A stretch of DNA of 54,159 nt, from the NCBI RefSeq assembly GCF_001194135.2, contig NC_068982.1, positions 187,015,220-187,069,378 of the forward strand. Reading direction: 5' to 3'. This document shows positions 46,542 to 54,159 of the stretch, piece after piece. The notes beneath the pieces are model-generated. The model saw only the letters and a program-made list of their open reading frames with translations. It had not been told where the DNA came from and made no database searches. The stretch comes from Octopus bimaculoides (taxonomy: Eukaryota). A program made the translations under genes and the position numbers. Position 1 is the first letter of the stretch. Each line of letters opens with the position of its first letter.

Positions 46542-47171
46542 GAGGGGTCATTATGCCAATAATACATACACACACACACTGGTTCTGTTTCACTTCTTTT
46601 ATTGTTTATTTGTCAACTGGTTAACCATTTAATCAATTAACTAATCTACTCCCCACCAAGTTTTTGTTTTGCAAGGTACTTGATGTTTCTGCTGGTGCTG
46701 GTGCCATGTAAAAAGTACTGGTGTTGGTGCCACATAAAAAGCACCCTGTACATTCTGTAATGTGGTTAGCATTAGGAAGGGCATCCAATTATAGAAACCA
46801 TGCCAAAATAGATAATGGAGCCTGGTACAGCTCTTGCCCTTACCAACTCTTGATAAACATTTTTAACTCATGCCAGTATCGAAAACAGATGATAATGTTG
46901 ATTGTTTGGATAATCAATCAATCAGTTAGGTTTGTCAAAGTCCTTTCATCACCATTTACCATTTGTCACTTCATCAGTGACATGCCCTCTCTACTCTCGT
47001 CTGATTCAGATGTGAAACAGACTCTGATGAACCTCATTGACTGATTGATTGACCAAACGATTAATCAAGCAATCAATTAGTTAATTGGTTAAATGCTTAA
47101 CCAATTGACAAAAAAATAATAAAGAAGTGAAGTAGAACCAGTGCTTGTGTGTTACTGACATGATGACCCTC
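46542..47171. mobile_element. Degenerate fold-back/MITE with a nested family C fragment
   Basis: Ends gaggggtcattatgccaataa...actggttct and agaaccagt...ttactgacatgatgaccctc; RTE tail at about 46700-46900. Confidence 0.6.
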
Positions 47172-47819
47172 CCAAAATACTACAAAATCTGTTTCAAAAC
47201 ATGAGTTCACATTAAGAATCTTGCAAACCAAATACAAAAATGAAAATATTTTATCAAGTTGTGTTTATAGATGAATTCTGAATTCCTGCCCTATTTTATT
47301 GTGATCCGTCTTTATTTAATTTTATTTTTACTTCCAGACATTCTTATTAAATCCCATGTTTATCTCTCTCTCACCCTTCCACTTTGATGTTTCGTTTTGT
47401 TTTGATTAGAAACTTAATGAATCTGGCTATCATCAACTGCTGCTGGTGATGCTGCTGTTAGATATAGTTATTCAGATTGATAAAGGATCCTCCAGCTAGA
47501 GTCTTCATTTCCGATCTTCTGTGAAAATATGTTTGGCCGTGGGGAAACAAGTGAGGGTTGGTGACAGGAAGAGCATCTGTCCACAGAAAATTTGCCTCAG
47601 CAAATCCTGTCTGACCCATGCTAGCATGACATAGTGAATGTTAAAATGACCATTATGAAGAGGACAATGGAGTCAAGTCCCAACATTCCTATGTGGCAGG
47701 CCTGTAATTGCTAAGAGATTTCTCTCGGCATGAAACAAATGGTAGCCTTGTTAACCCACAAATAAAAAATATTTATCCACCAATGCAGTATTGAGCACTC
47801 ATTCTCACTTTCAATATCA

Positions 47820-47852
<33 letters not shown>

Positions 47853-47987
47853 NNNNNNNNNNNNNNNNNNNNNNNNNNNNNNNNNNNNNNNNNNNNNNNN
47901 NNNNNNNNNNNNNNNNNNNNNNNNNNNNNNNNNNNNNNNNNNNNNNNNNNNNNNNNNNNNNNNNNNNNNNNNNNNNNTATATATAGT

Positions 47988-48363
47988 GGAAGCACAATGG
48001 ACTAGTGGTTAGGGTAGTGGACTTGCGGTCATAGGATCGCGGTTTCGATTCCCAGACCGGGCATTGTGAATGTTTATTGAGCGAAAACACCTAAAGTTCC
48101 ACGAGACCCCGGCAGGGGATGGTGGCGACCCCTGCTGTACTCTTTCATCACAACTTTCTCTCACTCTTTCTTCCTGTTTCTGTTGTACCTGTCTTTCAAA
48201 GGGGCCAGCCTTGTCACACTCTGTGTCATGCTGATTCTCCCCGAGAACTACGTTAAGGGTACCCGTGTCTGTGGAGTACTCAGCCACTTCCACATTAATT
48301 TCACGAGCAGGCTGTTCCGTTGATCAGATCAACTGGAACTCTCATCATAACTGATGGAGTGCC
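47988..48363 (+). mobile_element. tRNA-derived SINE, family E (near full length)
   Basis: Head gcacaatggactagtggttaggg...ggtttcgattcccagacc; matches 10690-11069. Confidence 0.8.
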
Positions 48364-50564
48364 CCTATATTATATATATATATAGCAATAATTATAACAA
48401 TATAGAATATGGAAACTTGTTCATCATACGGCATATTTTTATTGCTGTTGCAATCTGCATATGTTTCCACTGTGCAAAACACTCGCAGTTGCAACTTTCT
48501 GTGCAGCTTCTTCAGGATCTGTCCATTTGGCTTGTTTCAAAACGAACTGAATACAGTTTGTTGTTTGTTGGTTAGGGTTCAGTGAGAGGTAGGGGGAAGT
48601 TGTTTTGAAACTGAAATCTGATCTGTTTGTAAGCTTGTGTGGTTGACCCCTGCTTCACGCATACTGCTGTCCAGAGTCAGGGTTCGATCTAACTAGGTCA
48701 AGGTTAATATTACTGTTTTGGATGGCCTGTTTCTGTATTGTAGTAGTCAGATACCTACCAACCTTATATTCAAGTGTATTGCTTGTCATGTAATGTTTTT
48801 AGTTATTCATATATTTACGGGCTGTGTTGTCTATGTTTGGTAGTATCAAGTGGGTGGAACATATGCTAGGCTGATCATAGTAACAGGTGGAAACACGTGT
48901 AGGTCGTAACAGTCATAAAAATATGCCATATGTAATTATAAAATAAGAGGAAAAAATGTTGAGGATGAACAAGTCTCCATGTTCTCTATCGTTATAATTA
49001 TTTCTAATATACACTCCAGATTATATTACCATCCAGTGAATCAATCGAAGGGATTTACAGAGTCATGACAACTAATAGTTGTCATAAATGTTAAATGCTA
49101 ATCAATGCAGTTAGCCATAACCTGGAACATAACTGAGAGCCACCATAGTATCTGGCTGGATAATATATCTTTCCAAACTCACATATATATATATATATAT
49201 ATANNNNNNNNNNNNNNNNNNNNNNNNNNNNNNNNNNNNNNNNNNNNNNNNNNNNNNNNNNNNNNNNNNNNNNNNNNNNNNNNNNNNNNNNNNNNNNNNN
49301 NNNNNNNNNNNNNNNNNNNNNNNNNNNNNNNNNNNNNNNNNNNNNNNNNNNNATATATGTATCTCAGACCGGGCTATTTTGTCTTGCAAGTTACTTGTTG
49401 ACCTCACTGGTGCCAGTGTCACGAAAACAGCACCCAGTACATTTTGTAAAGTGGTTGGCATGAAGATGGTAACCGGACGTAAAAACCATGCCAAAGCAGA
49501 CTTTGTGATTCAATGCAGTCCTCCAACTTGTCAGATCTTGTTGAATTATCCATTCTATACCAGCATGGAGAGACAAATATTAAATGATGATGATGCTGAT
49601 ATCAGTCACTTTGCATTATCTTGAATGTACACGACTATCTTGGAATGCTGAATACTTCTGTCACACCTCTTATCCTGTATCCTTTTTATAAACTATCATT
49701 CACTGCCTCTATCACTTGAGCTTATCCCTCTGTAAAGAGGCTGGCCAGCAACCAGAGACATTCGGTTTTGAGTTCCTTCATTATGTTGAGGACATAACTA
49801 AGTGCTTGTGCCATGAAAAACAAACACCAAATACTTTTTGTAAAGTGGTTGGAGCTAGGAAGGGCATCCAGCTGTAGATACCATGATTAATATGAAACGC
49901 GAGGGAGATTAGGTCCCCTAACTCATTTAGGGGAACAGCAGTACTCCTGAATACATTCTGACTCTGTGATGAGCTATCCAACCCATGCCAGTATGGAAAG
50001 CAGATGTAAAATGATAACGATTCATCATTATCATCATCATTATCAATATCATCATCATTTAACATCTGCTTTCCATGCTGGCATGGGTTGAATGGTTTGA
50101 CAGGATCTGGTGAACCAGCTTTAGCATGGTTTCTACAACTAGATGTCCTACCTGACATCAACTACTTTTATATAGTGTACTGGGTGCTTTTTCTTTTTTG
50201 TGTCACTGGCACTGTTTTCAAATGGCTGCAAAGCAAGCTTCCTGATGACACAGCCATGCATGTCCCTCCTGTAAATACCATTGCTCACAGCAGCTACATT
50301 CTCTAAACAGCCACCCATCTAAATACTAACCAGGCTCAAATTTGTTAAACTTTGATGATTAGATGAATTCCAGTGTTTTTGCTGTGATATGTTTCTATGC
50401 TAAATATAAAATATTTACTCCATATTGGATGATCAAATAATCAGTGACATGTTTAATTTTGGAAGCAGAAATGATCAATTTTTAATTCAATTTAATTCAT
50501 GTGATTTTTTAGTTAGAAAATGTTTTTTTTTAAAGAGAGAATCTTTGACTTGCTTATTTTGCAG

Positions 50565-50670
50565 TATGGTAGCCATTCCTATCTATGTACGACACACAAT
50601 ATCATTTCGAGAAGGTGCTGCTGGACGCTTTGATGTTACTATTGGACCAAAACAAGCCATGGGAAAAACA
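50565..50670 (+). CDS. AP3M1: AP-3 complex subunit mu, exon 9
   Basis: tgcag|(N)MVAIPIYVRHTISFREGAAGRFDVTIGPKQAMGKT|gtaagt; 106 nt, phase 2 to 0; follows a 12.6-kb intron. Confidence 0.96.
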
Positions 50671-50700
50671 GTAAGTCTAACATTCTGTAGAGAATTATTA

Positions 50701-51026
50701 AAATGATAATTTAAACTTACAGAGATGTACTTGCATAGCAAGTGACCCGATCTGAGATTGTGTGCTGAAATGAAAACAATTGCAACGTGGAAGGTGTTTA
50801 TAAACCATTTAAAAACACACAAAAAACCGTTAGATTCACTTCAACATTTAAATTTAATTCGTGTCAAAATATTTTTGTTGCTTTGAAACCGTGACCTGTT
50901 CACTGACAAAATTCTGTGCTCAGGTCGTGGTTTCAAAGCGACGAAAATATTTTGACACAAATTAAATTCAAATGTTGAAGTGAATCTAACGGTTTTTTGT
51001 GTGTGTTTTTAAATGATAATTTAAAC
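50701..51026. mobile_element. Insertion flanked by 16-bp direct repeats and containing a 93-bp-arm hairpin
   Basis: aaatgataatttaaac at 50701-16 and 51011-26; inverted arms 50806-50898 and 50921-51015. Confidence 0.75.
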
Positions 51027-52629
51027 ATTATTGGTCATACATAAATAGTGTGTGTGTCTTGTTTATATTGCCATTTTGCTGTGGGATATCATCCTAGGAA
51101 AGCTCCCTACACAATGCCAAGTTATTAAACATTTAATGTTCCAGATAGATGAGACAATTCACCCAAAATGATTGAGAATGGTAGATATTGATATTTGAAA
51201 ACTATTTTTTTAGCTCCTCAGTATTATTTACTGAATTCACCTTGAAACGTATTGAATCCTCAGCCTGGGGCTTATATGCAAAGAGTGTGAAATTTATTTC
51301 CTCATATGCTGTGACATAGCGCATGTGAAACAAAATTAAATTTTGAATTGAGGTGAATTGATCACTTCGGGCGAGTTGTCTTGCTTGTCTGGAACCAACA
51401 CTTGGTGCCATATGGAGAGCTTTCCCGGAACGCTGTCCTGCTGCAAATTGGCATATAAATAAACCAGGCACGTACCATCAGTAATTACTCAGAGTAGGCA
51501 GTCGGTGACCTTTATGTAGTGAAGCAAAGGTGTGCGACTGAGTTGAAGGCAGATTTACTTCTGCCTTTATAGCACATAAAGAAAATGGTGTTGTAGGAAT
51601 GTACACAGCATGTGTACTACTGCAGTCCTATAGCATAGCTTAAATACTGAGATAGAAAGGCAGGGGAGAATTATGCCTACCTAATCTACAAAAAAAATAT
51701 ATATATTTTGTATTTTATGCATAGTAATCATACTTATCTTCATAATTTTATTGAATTTGGTGCATATTTTGCCATAAAAGGAAAATGTTGTTATCAGTTT
51801 ATTTTATTCAAGGTAGGCACTGCCTATCTTGCCTACCTATCTAGGCAGCACATCCCTGAAATAGACACATACACTATGTATGTGTGACTGGTAATTTATT
51901 AATTATTAGTGCTGCTTGCAATTCAAAATTTAAAATACTATTGTTTGTGGGAAGTTAAATTTGTTCAATCATCAATGATACAAAATACTTTGTTTAAATT
52001 TTATTTAACACTTTTGTTACATTTTTTTCTTAAAATATGCTGTCTTCGTTTCAGTTAATTTAAAAAAATAATGCCTGTTATTATTAAGCCAGTGTTTTGA
52101 ATATTAATCAGCATAGAATTTTGATTGAAGTTCTTTTGATTGTGATTACTTAAAAAATAAGAAAATGAGCTGTATCGTTGAACCCGGAGCAATCTCAGCC
52201 AGGTTGGTATCAAAAGGTTAAAGGCTGATCAAAGATTATTATTTTAGGGCAAATTTAAGGATAACAAGAGAACACTTACTGATAGAGAGACTTAATAGTG
52301 AGAGTAGAATAAAATTTATTGGCGGGGGTCATTCTTACTGGCCCTTTGGCAAGTGTGTGTGTGTGTGTATGTGTTTTGTAAAGGTGCATCAGTATCATTC
52401 AAGTGGTGTGGTTCAGTTCCAGTCTTATGTGAGAAACATGTCTAGTCACAGAAAAATATTACCTTGCTTGCAAACTGGTGAGGTAAAGGTTGGTGACAGG
52501 AAGAGCATCCAGCTGTAGAAAAATCTACCTTAACAAATTCCGTCTGGCCTGTGTGAGCAAGGAAAAGTGAATGTTAAATGATGATGATGTAGAAGATATC
52601 CAGAGAAACTGAGATATAACTAGAACACT

Positions 52630-52907
52630 ATAGCATAGTGGTTAAGAGTGTAGGCTACTAACTCCAAGTTTCTGAGTTCGATTCCAGGCAGTGACCTGAA
52701 TAATAATAATAATAATAATAATAACATTGAAAAATACCTTAGGAATGAGAACCCAGGTTCGAAATTTCCCCAAAACACCTGATGAAGGCTGGAGGGTTTA
52801 TCAACCGAAACATTGTGTTAACAACAAACAAGATGAGGACAAATATACGTCAAATGTAAATAATGTAAATAATGCACATAATTCCTCATCTCTTAAATAT
52901 AGAACTG
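52630..52907 (+). mobile_element. Family D element, single arm (locus 4)
   Basis: Truncated tRNA head, (AAT)n, hammerhead fold at 52774-52819 with stem II and III mismatches, tail ...aaatatagaactg|TA. Confidence 0.8.
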
Positions 52908-53229
52908 TATTAACTAGAACACTTGTCAACACATTTATAAAACTCAGATACCATGTTTGGCCAACATAACAAGTAAGCATTATATACCAATATGATATAT
53001 TGCATACCATCTATGCTGTGTGATATGACAAAATATATTGTATACTACACACTATACCATACCACCAGATACCATGCGATACTGTACAATTCACCCTTCC
53101 ATTGTGTGCCATTTGATACTGTATAATATTCCATGTGATACTATGCAATATATGATTCCATTATCTGCTATGTGATATTCCATGATATACCTGGCCATTT
53201 TCTTAACGGTCTTCAAATTCTCATTTCAG

Positions 53230-53388
53230 ATTGAAAATGTTGTGGTTGAAGTGTTATTTCCAAAATCAATCCTAAATGTGACCCTCACCCCAAACCAGGG
53301 AAAATATTCATTTGACCCTGTTACCAAGATGATGACCTGGGATGTTGGCAAAATTGACCCGACCAAACTTCCAAATATCAAAGGAACA
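53230..53388 (+). CDS. AP3M1: AP-3 complex subunit mu, exon 10 (gene continues beyond the window)
   Basis: ttcag|IENVVVEVLFPKSILNVTLTPNQGKYSFDPVTKMMTWDVGKIDPTKLPNIKGT|gtaagt; cumulative CDS 1071 nt = 357 codons, about 60 C-terminal residues still missing. Confidence 0.96.
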
Positions 53389-53914
53389 GTAAGTAATTGT
53401 TTTATGTGTAAAAAGGGCCAACGATTTCCATGTTGAGCAAGGCAGCAAGAAACTGTAGTGGCTGAACAGTGGAAGATCTTCAGAGAAGAAGCCCTCCCCC
53501 GACAAACTCATGCAAGTGTTTTGGTCCTTAACTCTGTCATGGGTGGTTGCTTGCTGCAGGTGAATGAAAATGTAATCCTAGAACTACATGTAGAAGTAAT
53601 TAACAAAACTAATGAACAATTAACAGAAAATTTATTTTCAGCACATAGTGGTTCCAATGTTGATCTTTGGATGAAAAATAAAAGCATCATTTGGACTCTA
53701 GGAGAGACAAAATACTAATAAAGCTGACCTGTCACAACTGGAAAATAAGTGACTCTATACTCTTTGTGACAAAATCTCTGTCTTCTATCTGCCATCAGCT
53801 GGTGGTCAATGAGAATGGAGACATCAAGTGGCTGTCTCAACATTCTGGGATTGCTACCAAAAACCATCTTTATATAGAGTGCCAGTTAGTAGTAATATAT
53901 ATATATATATATTC

Positions 53915-54121
53915 TTATATTCTTTTACTTGTTTCAGCCATGCTGGAGCACCATCTTTAGTCGAACAAATCGACCCCAGGACTTACTCTTTGTAAGCCTA
54001 GTACTTAATCTGTCGGTCTCTTTTGCTGAACCGCTAAGTTATGGGGACGTAAACACACCAACATCGGTTGTCAAGCAACGGTGGGGGTACAAACACAGAC
54101 ACATAAATACATACATATATG

Positions 54122-54159
<38 letters not shown>
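53915..54159 (-). mobile_element. Family B SINE 3' half running into the terminal (TA)n
   Basis: cttttacttgtttcagcc.tgctggagcacc...cttagcggttc (minus strand). Confidence 0.75.

Noticed and set aside
48485-48520. CTGAAGA followed by a short stem on the minus strand
   Set aside because: No GAAA after the stem and no stem I; not a hammerhead
44200-48700. Nested antisense gene in AP3M intron 8 (open frames of about 55-70 codons near 45.2-45.5 kb and 48.4-48.65 kb)
   Set aside because: No start or splice signals linking them and no recognisable domain; lengths are within chance expectation
28556-52969. Recurrent peptide MRTQVRNFPKTPDEGWRVYQPKRCVNNKQDEDKYPSN in five ORFs
   Set aside because: It is the translation of the family D repeat across the hammerhead motif; the conservation is explained by repeat identity, and copies carry frame-breaking indels

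Overview
Eukaryotic, AT-rich, microsatellite- and SINE-dense genomic DNA from a gapped draft assembly. The repeat families look like those of Octopus; the species call is my inference, not a database result. Two spliced housekeeping genes lie on the + strand. TAF12 has 4 coding exons (2823-9422, 157 aa) plus a probable non-coding first exon next to an NRF1/YY1-type promoter at about 1.06-1.2 kb. The AP-3 complex mu subunit (AP3M1/2 orthologue) has 10 coding exons (22306-53388, 357 codons) and its C-terminal exon(s) lie beyond the window. All exon phases join in frame with GT-AG introns. The rest is tRNA-derived SINEs, 5'-truncated RTE-clade LINEs, a Helitron 3' end, an internally deleted mariner, piggyBac- and Tc1-type MITEs, fold-back elements and a Penelope-like GIY-YIG fragment. 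The most notable observation is a tRNA-headed repeat carrying a minimal type I hammerhead-ribozyme fold (gacac-CTGATGA-A-ggctg..cagcc-GAAAC-GTT-gtgtt). It occurs at three loci as a head-to-head palindrome with the same central junction. A second, unrelated minimal hammerhead-like fold lies in TAF12 intron 1. Ribozyme activity and novelty are untested. Repeat boundaries were read by eye and are approximate (about +/-10-20 bp); exon boundaries were counted exactly.
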